From the IMG/VR virus record IMGVR_UViG_3300024259_002152, positions 1 to 64,000 of that record: 64,000 nt of DNA. The stretch is one strand, 5' to 3'. Positions 36,573 to 45,577 of this stretch are shown here, piece by piece. Below the pieces are notes generated by a model. The model saw only the letters and a program-made list of their open reading frames with translations, searched no databases and was not told the origin of the DNA. Position 1 is the first letter of the stretch; each line of letters begins with the position of its first letter. Position numbers and translations under genes: made by a program.

Positions 36573-37019
36573 ATGTCGTTATTAGATAGTCATGATCTGA
36601 TAGAAATAAAGTTGTATTATAAATATATTACAACGTCAAATGGTAAAAAGGTAATTATTTTAGAAGATAAAAAAGCAGAGGAGTTGTTAAAAGATGAAGA
36701 AAAAGCTAAGGAAGTAGAAATATTGGAGACTCAGTGGGATATGCCGAATTGGAAGGAGCAGAATGAAATTTGGAGAGAAACTGATAGTGCTTCTTCTAAA
36801 TCTGTAGATTCTTTAACTGGAGATAAGCCAGTGCCTTTTTTTGTGTATCGAGAGATTATTATTAAGAAGTGTTTAAAATCTTGGAATCTGACAATAAATA
36901 AAGAACCTGTGCCAGTGAGTTCAGAAAATATTGACAAACTGCCAGGTCATGTTGTGATTGCTCTTTTTGATAAATTTAATGGATTTACAGAATTTAGTGA
37001 GGAAGAATTGGGAAACTAA
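36573..37019 (+). CDS. Tail assembly chaperone (gpG analogue)
   Basis: Lies between tube and tape measure; ends ttG GGA AAC TAA (slippery heptamer). Confidence 0.75.
   Translation: MSLLDSHDLIEIKLYYKYITTSNGKKVIILEDKKAEELLKDEEKAKEVEILETQWDMPNWKEQNEIWRETDSASSKSVDSLTGDKPVPFFVYREIIIKKCLKSWNLTINKEPVPVSSENIDKLPGHVVIALFDKFNGFTEFSEEELGN
37010..37016 (+). other. -1 programmed ribosomal frameshift site G GGA AAC
   Basis: X XXY YYZ heptamer; the -1 frame GGG AAA CTA ACT ATG is continuous with ORF 37022. Confidence 0.8.
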
Positions 37020-37021
37020 CT

Positions 37022-37246
37022 ATGGCTGCGAGCGAGTACGCTCGTGGCCGCAAGATAACGGTTAGTCCAGTTCCTAAAGAATTGACATATTTTTCATTAG
37101 CAAAAGAATTTCACTGGTTGCCTGATGAAATAGATAGGCAAGAACCTAAGAAAATCAAAGGTATTATGCATATTTTGTCAGTTTATAATAGTGTTAAAAA
37201 TCAAGAAACAGAACAAGCTAATAGGAAAGCAAAAAATAGGAGATAA
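37022..37246 (+). CDS. Frameshift extension of the tail assembly chaperone (gpT analogue)
   Basis: In the -1 frame; LAKEFHWLPDEIDRQ resembles gpT-type motifs; no clear RBS. Confidence 0.7.
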   Translation: MAASEYARGRKITVSPVPKELTYFSLAKEFHWLPDEIDRQEPKKIKGIMHILSVYNSVKNQETEQANRKAKNRR

Positions 37247-37248
37247 AA

Positions 37249-37653
37249 ATGCAAAATTTGTTTGTACAAGAAAATGAAGAATTTACTATTAAATTCACAG
37301 TTGCTACTGATGAGGATGGAACCATCTTTTGTGATATTAATAGAGAATCTTTAGTAGAATCTATTGAGGGAGCAAAAAGCATGGAGATTAAGGATTATAA
37401 GGTTATTTGTAAGAAACCATCATTTGGGAGTACTGCTGCGTTATATAATGCTATTTTTTCAGTGAATGATGATGGTGTTAATTTTAACCCAATATTAGCT
37501 AGATATAATAAAATAGCAGCATTAGTTAAAAGCTGGGATCTTAAAGGGCAAGAGGAGAAACCTACAGAAGAAGATATAAAATCCTTACATCCTTTAATCG
37601 CTACTGTAGTGGGAATTCAGATCGATTTGCAGGTCGGTGGTATATTTAGTTAA
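37249..37653 (+). CDS. Second chaperone-like protein (paralogue of 36573..37019)
   Basis: LVKSWDL...PTEEDIKSLHP vs CLKSWNL...VSSENIDKLPG. Confidence 0.55.
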   Translation: MQNLFVQENEEFTIKFTVATDEDGTIFCDINRESLVESIEGAKSMEIKDYKVICKKPSFGSTAALYNAIFSVNDDGVNFNPILARYNKIAALVKSWDLKGQEEKPTEEDIKSLHPLIATVVGIQIDLQVGGIFS

Positions 37654-37686
37654 TTTTTAATATTTGTCATATGTTTAATAGTAAAT

Positions 37687-37718
37687 AGAGAGGTAGTAGT
37701 CAATTACTACCTCTTTTT
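37687..37718 (+). terminator. Intrinsic terminator
   Basis: agagaggtagtag-tcaa-ttactacctcttt followed by Ts. Confidence 0.7.
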
Positions 37719-37799
37719 CTATATTTAATAAATAAAGGGATATTATGCAAAAAGTAGTATTAATAATTATGCAATATTATTTTTTATATGGATTAAATC

Positions 37800-40700
37800 A
37801 TGCCTGATAGCGGAGCAATTCGACAAAATGTAATTTTAGAATTAGAGACCCTAGGGGTTTCTAATGCTGCTGGGGTCTTTGATCAGATGGTCAAAGCTGA
37901 GAAAGCAGCAGGAAAAAATTTAGATAAGCTCACGGGTAGTCTAAAGAAATATACCACTGGTTTGCATGAAGCTGGTAAGGCGATGAAAGGGCTTGTTTTT
38001 CCTGCAAGTTTTGGGGCGGCTTTAAAGACAGTTGATGCATATAATAAAACAATTCTAAGTTTATCTGCTAGTACTAATCGTTTAGGGATAGGTTTAAGTA
38101 GTCTTGAAAAGAATCTTAGCAGATTATCACGAGAAACTTCTCTCACAAGAGTAGAAGTCAATAAATTATTTGATGAATTTCAAGCTGGAATGAGGGTTAT
38201 TTCTGTTGGTGATTTTGAAAGTGTTATGAAGAGAATTCGTAGCATTGTTGGAACTAACGTTGATGCTATGAGCAAAATGCAGGGGGCTTTAGCTGGTATA
38301 TCTGAACAATTTCCAATGCTTTCGAGATCTTTAACAGAAATTGCTAAATTATCGAAGGATGCCTCTGCCTCTGATAGAGCTGCTCTGAAATCTAGAATAA
38401 GAAATTTATATATTATTGGTCAGATGAATGATGCTACTTATAAGCAAATATCTGCTTATTTGAGTGGAAATCAGCAGATGTCTGCTGCCGATAAAAAACG
38501 CCAGAAAGAATTACAGGCTCAAACTGAAGCAATGAATGAATTTAGAAGGCATATTGAGCAAATTCATATGGCGGTGGGAACTTTTTTAATGCCGTTAATG
38601 ACCAAGGTTAGCGATGTTCTTAAAAGTTGGTCAACTGGGACAAGAAGTTGGGCGAAAGATTTAACTGTAGCTGGAGGAGTTATTGCTGGTTTGATGGCAG
38701 CTAAAGGGCTTCTTGTTGCAGGAGGTAGGGGGCTTATTGGAGGAGTATTAGGAGGAGGAAAAGTTGGTGGCAAAAAAGGTGGAATTGGAGGTAGTATATT
38801 AGGCGCAATGGGCGGAGGAACTCGTGTTTATGTTACTAATTGGCCATTATCGTTGGGAGGCAAAGATTTGCCTGGGATGGCTCGGGGAAAAGGTGGTCTT
38901 TGGGGTAAAATGAAAGGAGATGTTGGTAAGGCAGGGGGATATGGGGCATTTGCTAAAAAAGCATTACCAGGAGCATTAAAAAAATTAGGAATCGGGGCAG
39001 CTTTATATGGCGGTGGCATGGCTGCTGATTGGTATGGCGGAACATTAGAAAAGAAAGGGCATGAGAAAACTGGGGCTGGTTTTAAAGCTGGAGGAGGTCT
39101 TGCAAAAGTAGGAGGGGCAGCACTTACGGGAGCAGCTATAGGTAGTTTTGTACCAGTTATTGGAACTGCCGTTGGGGCTATTGCTGGTAGTCTCTATGGA
39201 TTAGCCACTGAATGGGGAGGAATACGTAAGAATCTAAGGACAATGTTTGGCACAACCGATAGATTTGCTCCAAAGCAAGGGCCTCGAAGAATGACTCCTG
39301 AAGAAGCTACTTCTTATAGACTTATGCAAGAAGAGAAGAAAGGTATAACATCTGAATCACAGAAACAGTTGTTGGTGTCGGGACACACTAGTAATTTAAC
39401 GAAATTAGCGGGAGGCGGAAGTATCGTCGCCATATATGAAGATTTGGCAAAACAGACTAAAGTGCAAAATAAGTTATTAGAAGAACGCAGGGCTATGAGT
39501 ATAAAAGGAGGAGAAGGAGTAGCTTCGTATGCAGCCAGAGAAAAATCTATAAAAGCTCTTAAAGGGCAATTGGTGGGTCAACAAGGCCAATATGCTATGG
39601 ATGCTGGTTTTATGTCTCCAGACGAAAAGAAAGCTGCCGAGGCAGATATAGCCGATTTTAAAAAGTTTATAGCAGCCAAAGAACAGGAGTTGGCTGTGGA
39701 TATGGAAGTAGATGAGACACTTCAGGATATCTATAGGAAACAGGCTCTTATAACTGGACAACAGGAGTTGCTTACTGGTTTAGCGAGAAGTCATCAAAAT
39801 GTATTACAGGCTATAACTGGTCTTTATGAGGCTCAAGCAGGTTCTTTTACTTCTCTTGTAGAAGAAATGTCAGAAACGGGAAATATAGATATGGGGGCCC
39901 TTACGGACGGTTTAGAAAAATCTCTTTCTTTATTGGAAGCGGAAAAAACATCTGCTGAATCTTTTTTAAAGACTCTACAAGCAAATAAAGATTTAACATG
40001 GGCTCAAGTGAAGGATAAGGAAAATTTAGCAAAAGCAGAAGAGAAATATTTTAAGGGCATGCAACTAACGGGAGAGGAATCTGTATCTGCCCTTCTTGAT
40101 TCAACAAAAATGCTTGAAATTGAAAAGCAGATAAATACAATTCTACCAAGGCGTGCCGAGATGATCAACGCATCGGCAAAAGCTATGGATAAGCTGGTTA
40201 AATCGGCTGAGTTAGCGACTACTAAGCAAGGATTAATGGTTCAGTTAGCTGATAATTTTGCGATTGGTGTTGGAGCTAGTGCAGAGATGAGGGTTAGGCA
40301 ATACGAGGCAGAAGGAAAAGTTATAGATAGATTAAAAAAAGAGTTTCAAATACAGCGAGCGATGTCGGAGACAGCATCGGGAGAAAAACTTCTTTCTGTA
40401 AGAAATAGGATGGCAGAAATAGAAAATGAAATCTTACAACATCAATTAGCTCAAGCTCAAAACATTAAAGTAATGAGAGATGGATGGGTCTCAGCAATTT
40501 CTGCCATGAATACTGGTTTTGGAGGATTTACAGAAATTATAATGGACGGAAATAAAGGTCTTGCTCAGATGCAAAGATTAACAGGTGCTGTTAGATCTAA
40601 TGTAACTGGTGCTATGGCGAGAAGAGGTACAGGGGGCGCGCCTGTTGAAAATGTAGGTTGGGGTGGTTCTCAGAGGTTTACAGCTCGTGGAGGCATAGGT

Positions 40701-41177
40701 GGAAGGGTTGAAGGTAGGAGCAAATTTGCCTCGGCTTGGGGAGGTAATGCTACTATGCCATATAACACTGTAGGTTTGGAAACAGAAGCGAGGGGAGCAG
40801 TTCAAGCCATGATGGGTATGGGGGCTAATGTTGTTGGAGGTGGTGGTGTTCCTACTGCTCTTGGAGCAGGGAATGCTATGGCAAGAGGCGTTGTTACGGA
40901 GGGAGGAGTGACGACGGATAGAAGAAAACGAAAGGGAGGAACTGTTGGAGGAGGAATTGGTTCTCCTGCTTCTCCATCTCTTGTTGCTCAGTCTGGAGGA
41001 ACCGCAACTACTTCTGGCAGTCTGCAATTGATTTTTAATATAAATGCTAAAGGCGATCTTACTAAAATTAAAAAAGATGTACTGTCTGAAGTAGACAAAC
41101 AAGTAGAGACTGCAATTAATATGGCTTTTAATGGTTACAGTGAGTTTGGTATGGAAATGCCTAGAGGCCCTAAGTAG
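37800..41177 (+). CDS. Tape measure protein
   Basis: 1125 aa, A/G/K/E-rich and helical, with Gly-rich hydrophobic stretches; follows the frameshifted chaperone. Confidence 0.75.
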   Translation: MPDSGAIRQNVILELETLGVSNAAGVFDQMVKAEKAAGKNLDKLTGSLKKYTTGLHEAGKAMKGLVFPASFGAALKTVDAYNKTILSLSASTNRLGIGLSSLEKNLSRLSRETSLTRVEVNKLFDEFQAGMRVISVGDFESVMKRIRSIVGTNVDAMSKMQGALAGISEQFPMLSRSLTEIAKLSKDASASDRAALKSRIRNLYIIGQMNDATYKQISAYLSGNQQMSAADKKRQKELQAQTEAMNEFRRHIEQIHMAVGTFLMPLMTKVSDVLKSWSTGTRSWAKDLTVAGGVIAGLMAAKGLLVAGGRGLIGGVLGGGKVGGKKGGIGGSILGAMGGGTRVYVTNWPLSLGGKDLPGMARGKGGLWGKMKGDVGKAGGYGAFAKKALPGALKKLGIGAALYGGGMAADWYGGTLEKKGHEKTGAGFKAGGGLAKVGGAALTGAAIGSFVPVIGTAVGAIAGSLYGLATEWGGIRKNLRTMFGTTDRFAPKQGPRRMTPEEATSYRLMQEEKKGITSESQKQLLVSGHTSNLTKLAGGGSIVAIYEDLAKQTKVQNKLLEERRAMSIKGGEGVASYAAREKSIKALKGQLVGQQGQYAMDAGFMSPDEKKAAEADIADFKKFIAAKEQELAVDMEVDETLQDIYRKQALITGQQELLTGLARSHQNVLQAITGLYEAQAGSFTSLVEEMSETGNIDMGALTDGLEKSLSLLEAEKTSAESFLKTLQANKDLTWAQVKDKENLAKAEEKYFKGMQLTGEESVSALLDSTKMLEIEKQINTILPRRAEMINASAKAMDKLVKSAELATTKQGLMVQLADNFAIGVGASAEMRVRQYEAEGKVIDRLKKEFQIQRAMSETASGEKLLSVRNRMAEIENEILQHQLAQAQNIKVMRDGWVSAISAMNTGFGGFTEIIMDGNKGLAQMQRLTGAVRSNVTGAMARRGTGGAPVENVGWGGSQRFTARGGIGGRVEGRSKFASAWGGNATMPYNTVGLETEARGAVQAMMGMGANVVGGGGVPTALGAGNAMARGVVTEGGVTTDRRKRKGGTVGGGIGSPASPSLVAQSGGTATTSGSLQLIFNINAKGDLTKIKKDVLSEVDKQVETAINMAFNGYSEFGMEMPRGPK

Positions 41178-41215
41178 GTCGATCAATAAAATAATAACAA
41201 TTCTTATGGTAGTTT

Positions 41216-44200
41216 ATGATGGCATTTGACAATCGAAGAACATATCTTTGTTATAATAATCGAGATTTGATAAGAGATGGGTATATTCCTACTTTTATTG
41301 AAAAAGAATATGTACCTGTTTCTTCTTTTAATATTACAAGATTAAAAAATCCTCCTAAAGGCGTTACGTATATTGTTGGTAGAGATTCTGCCACTCAGGC
41401 AATTACTAGCGTTAGGGAAAGAAAAAAATTATTACCTGCTGAAAAACTGAAGATTGAAATTGATTTTAGTAAGGTAATGAAAAATGCTGTTACACATCCT
41501 ATTCCACCAGGCCCATTAGTCCCTGGTATTATAGGAGGCATTTTAGGCAATGTTGGTATGAGTGCGATAGGTTTTGGAGGTATTTCTACAGGTTTAACAG
41601 AAATGACATACCATGCTCTAGAAGCTAGAACAAGAATCAATCAAAAAGTAGTGATTACACAAGATATTCTGGATACTTCTATTATTGAATTTGACGGGTT
41701 TCCTTTATCTATTTTTGGCATAGTTAAAGAACATGTGGAGAATTTTGGCACTGATATAGATGCTGCCAATACCTATAAAGTAAGTCACCCTCAAGCAGAG
41801 ATATTGACTGATGTATTGGGTAATGTTTTTACTAAAATGGGCTTAGACTTTAGTGCAGAACAGGTAACTCAATTAGGTAGATTTAGTTCCGGTATGTTTA
41901 GTGGGACTGGGAGGAAGAGGATTTCAGGAGCAACAGACTCTGATGGTTTGTTCGGTGGTGCTGGAAATGCGTGGTTGAGGATAGTTGAAAATTCAGGAGA
42001 TTCTGGAGAGACTCCTGATAGAGAAGTTGTTTTATTGGGAGAACAAAGACAATTATTTGTAAAAATAGTAGATGATGATAGAACGTTAAAATTTCGAGGA
42101 GATAATAAAGAAGCCGTAGGAGGTGGTATTTATCCTTTTCAAATTAGTGGTACAACAGGTATTGATGTTACTGATAAACAAATTAGGATTGATACTACTG
42201 ATTTATTTGTAGGGAATGTTGTTTATGTAACTCTTGATGTGACTGTTGGAGATAGACATTTAAGGCAAAATGTAGAGCATAGCGGTAGTATAGCTCAGGG
42301 GAATACTGTTGGTGTAATCGGTTTTATGGGGGCTATTAGAAGTGTACAAGATATTTTTGATTATAGATTAAGGACATGGAAAGTTCCTCCGTTATCCACT
42401 GGAATAACCATATCTAATATAGATGAGGTTACTGATAATTATACTAAAGATGATGATTACAAATTAACTCTAAAAGATTTTGTTGAAATTGATGCCAAGC
42501 AAAAAGAAGATGAAAATTTTGTTTTAACGGGTGATGAAGCAAGCGAGATAGAAGGTTGGAGGTTATCAGAAGCTATTTTATGGAAAAGAATAAGTAATTT
42601 TTTTGCTGCTGATTATCGTGGTATTTTGTACATCAAAAATAGAGGTATAGAGGTTAATGTTTTATGTCCTCGTTCCTCAATAGGGGATCAAGAATGGTTT
42701 ACTACTTATTTAGAAAGTCTGGATTTTACTGCTCCAACTGGTCCTGTTGATCCTGATGATCCTGTAGATGCAAATGGTAGTCCAAAATATACTTATCTGC
42801 CATCAGATTTGGAAAAGAAAATAGAAGATAATATAGATTTTAGGGATATGGAAGGTTTTTTGTTTGATCTGTCAGAGATCGTTAATAGTTTACTTTTTGA
42901 TAGAGAGAAAACTCATTATTATCGACCTTTTGCCAATGCTTTGAAAACTGTTAGTTCATATAGGGAGGATGATAATACCACGGGTATAGGAATACCACAT
43001 CTTGATTTATTGCCGTTAATATGTCCCACAATAGGAGTAAGCAGTAAAACAGAAGTTATAGACGGAGAAACAATTACAAGAAGAGAATATTCTTATACTA
43101 ATTTTAATTATGCCACTGGCTCTTTTTTATGCAACCCTATTGATTTGAATTATTATGATTTATCATATGGTTCTTTTGATCATGTTGTAGCCACTTTTGC
43201 AAAAACTCGTAGTTGTGAAGAGCAATTCAATCTAAGATCTGGCAATTATTGGTCTGAAAATTACGATGCGTTGAATGATGGGCCAGGAGCATGGTATGAT
43301 ATTGGTTATATTGAGAATAGCGTTTTTGAATGGAGACCTGATGGGGGAACTATAGAAAGTTATTGGAAGTTAGAAACTCCGTATTTTTGTGGAGAATTTA
43401 ATAGTAATAGTAGAGTATATATTGAAAAGATGGGAGGTAATTCATTAGATAATTATAGTTGGATATATGTTGATACTGAGCCATTCGTGCCTAGTAATAT
43501 TTCAGCAGATATTAATTATGATTATTCATCATCTATGGTCGTATTTAGCGACAATCATATGCATGATTGTTTATGCTATTATGCTATGAATGATAATTTT
43601 TTTGAAGAAGAATTGTCTCTTATAAAAATTGATAAAACAAAAAATCATAATAGAGATACCTATGAACATGTTGTGGAAGGTCAGACTGTTACTGAGGCAT
43701 TTGATCATGATCAGAATCTTATAACAGGTCAAAATAGAATATTAGGGGATACTCCTAGTTATGCTTATGGAGTACCTATTACGGAAGAAGTTTTTAAAGT
43801 TTGTTCTCCATATTGTGATCCTGATAGTGATGTATCTATTTTGTTTTGGCATAATTATAATTTACTTACTGATATTTTGCCTGATGGCTCTTCTTTCGGT
43901 TTAAATCTTAACGATGTCCCTCCCAGAGTTTCTATACCATTTAATTGGTATGTTAAATATGTAGAAATAGAATTTTCTCACAATCCTCTTATTCCTATAG
44001 AAAATATTGAAAAGTATGTATCTTTTTATTTTGAGAATACAGAAAGTTCTATAAATAATTTTGTGGTTACAGATTCTTATCCTAATGGCAATAATTATGT
44101 TTTTAGATTTGTATTCAAATATTATTTTGGTGGTCCTTTTCAATTTTTAGGTAATTTCTGGAAAAAAGCAAATATAGTAAGAGTTACCGCTAGATTTGCT

Positions 44201-45574
44201 ATGGGAAATGATGAATCGCTTCATCCTATATATAATGTAGATACATATAAAATAGATTCTGGTCAAAGTGCTATATCTTACGATATGCAAGGTAGAGTAT
44301 TGGTTTTTTATTCTAATGAAGAAACTGGCAATATTGATGTTGCTATTTCATATAACAGCGGTGAGACATGGGTATATGATAGAAATTTAATAAGATTAAT
44401 TTCTGGAGAAACAGCAACATTACCATTTGTAATAAAAGATACGAACAGTAAATTCATTTATTTATTTTATGTTTTAAATGATAAATTTGTTATGTATAAA
44501 AAAATTAACTCTGATTTTATAGATAGTAATAATGCTTTGGTCACATATTCTGTTCCTACTTCATATCAGGCTGGAGATTATGATCTTTCTTTGGATGATC
44601 CTGAGAGAGCTTATTGGGGAGCATATAACGATGAAGGAGTTTTTCTAAGGAGAGAACTTAGTTATTTTGTTATTGGTTCAGCGACTGATGATTATTTTAT
44701 AGAACAACAAACTATTAATCAAAATATTAATAACTACAATAAGAGTTTAGCAGGAACTGTTAATGAAGATAAAATTCAAACGCTTCGTTTTGTGTTTGTT
44801 GGGGAAGAAGCAGAAATGAGAGATAATTTTAACGGAAGTCCTTATGCCGTGTCTATTGCTGACGATGGAGATTGGAGAATCTATTTTGTTAGTAATAATA
44901 GGCTCTCTATTAAAAGAAGCAGAAGTGGCGGTATTTCTTGGAATTATGATATTTATGAGCAATCAATTCATAAAAATTATATAAATGACGAGTTAAATAA
45001 AGGTTTTACAGAGGACATATCGAATGTACAGATAGTTAGGAATGATTTTGATGCATCTGTAGTTTCTATTCTTTATTTTCATAATGGAATGTTATTTATT
45101 CGATATTTTCATACTAATTTGTTATTGCCATGGTATGATTCAGAAGGGGTTTTACAGAATCAAGATATGATAAGTCATATCGAAATAATTGATGCAGATT
45201 CAGAAATAAATCCTCCCACGGAGAGAACCAAAAATCTTCCTATATTTTTAGTTGGAACGATTCCTGATAGTATAAAAACTACTATTAAAAATGATATAGA
45301 TGATGATATTCCATTCGCTGAATCAGATTTAGCCATTTATTTTCCATATAAAGACCCAGATGATCCTGAGGATAAGGATGCTAATAAAGCTATGGTTGAT
45401 ATATTTAATGAAAATTTTGCAATAGATACTAATACTCAAGTATATGCCTATGTTACAGCTAGAGGTCTAACCAGAGTTTTTTATAAAGATAATATAGGTA
45501 ATATTGATGGAATAATAATTGATTCTCTGGTAAAACCAAATTTGGAAGTTATGAATGTATTTAAGGGTGTTTAA
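41216..45574 (+). CDS. Large tail-tip/baseplate-like protein with BNR/Asp-box-like motifs
   Basis: 1452 aa; ISYNSGETW and SRSGGISWNY Asp-box-like motifs; immediately after the tape measure. Confidence 0.5.
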   Translation: MMAFDNRRTYLCYNNRDLIRDGYIPTFIEKEYVPVSSFNITRLKNPPKGVTYIVGRDSATQAITSVRERKKLLPAEKLKIEIDFSKVMKNAVTHPIPPGPLVPGIIGGILGNVGMSAIGFGGISTGLTEMTYHALEARTRINQKVVITQDILDTSIIEFDGFPLSIFGIVKEHVENFGTDIDAANTYKVSHPQAEILTDVLGNVFTKMGLDFSAEQVTQLGRFSSGMFSGTGRKRISGATDSDGLFGGAGNAWLRIVENSGDSGETPDREVVLLGEQRQLFVKIVDDDRTLKFRGDNKEAVGGGIYPFQISGTTGIDVTDKQIRIDTTDLFVGNVVYVTLDVTVGDRHLRQNVEHSGSIAQGNTVGVIGFMGAIRSVQDIFDYRLRTWKVPPLSTGITISNIDEVTDNYTKDDDYKLTLKDFVEIDAKQKEDENFVLTGDEASEIEGWRLSEAILWKRISNFFAADYRGILYIKNRGIEVNVLCPRSSIGDQEWFTTYLESLDFTAPTGPVDPDDPVDANGSPKYTYLPSDLEKKIEDNIDFRDMEGFLFDLSEIVNSLLFDREKTHYYRPFANALKTVSSYREDDNTTGIGIPHLDLLPLICPTIGVSSKTEVIDGETITRREYSYTNFNYATGSFLCNPIDLNYYDLSYGSFDHVVATFAKTRSCEEQFNLRSGNYWSENYDALNDGPGAWYDIGYIENSVFEWRPDGGTIESYWKLETPYFCGEFNSNSRVYIEKMGGNSLDNYSWIYVDTEPFVPSNISADINYDYSSSMVVFSDNHMHDCLCYYAMNDNFFEEELSLIKIDKTKNHNRDTYEHVVEGQTVTEAFDHDQNLITGQNRILGDTPSYAYGVPITEEVFKVCSPYCDPDSDVSILFWHNYNLLTDILPDGSSFGLNLNDVPPRVSIPFNWYVKYVEIEFSHNPLIPIENIEKYVSFYFENTESSINNFVVTDSYPNGNNYVFRFVFKYYFGGPFQFLGNFWKKANIVRVTARFAMGNDESLHPIYNVDTYKIDSGQSAISYDMQGRVLVFYSNEETGNIDVAISYNSGETWVYDRNLIRLISGETATLPFVIKDTNSKFIYLFYVLNDKFVMYKKINSDFIDSNNALVTYSVPTSYQAGDYDLSLDDPERAYWGAYNDEGVFLRRELSYFVIGSATDDYFIEQQTINQNINNYNKSLAGTVNEDKIQTLRFVFVGEEAEMRDNFNGSPYAVSIADDGDWRIYFVSNNRLSIKRSRSGGISWNYDIYEQSIHKNYINDELNKGFTEDISNVQIVRNDFDASVVSILYFHNGMLFIRYFHTNLLLPWYDSEGVLQNQDMISHIEIIDADSEINPPTERTKNLPIFLVGTIPDSIKTTIKNDIDDDIPFAESDLAIYFPYKDPDDPEDKDANKAMVDIFNENFAIDTNTQVYAYVTARGLTRVFYKDNIGNIDGIIIDSLVKPNLEVMNVFKGV

Positions 45575-45577
45575 ATT

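Noticed and set aside
40578-41186. 202-aa minus-strand ORF and many other short antisense ORFs in the track
   Set aside because: They are shadows of long plus- or minus-strand genes (S/R/P-rich or I/F/L-rich, no RBS, no motifs).
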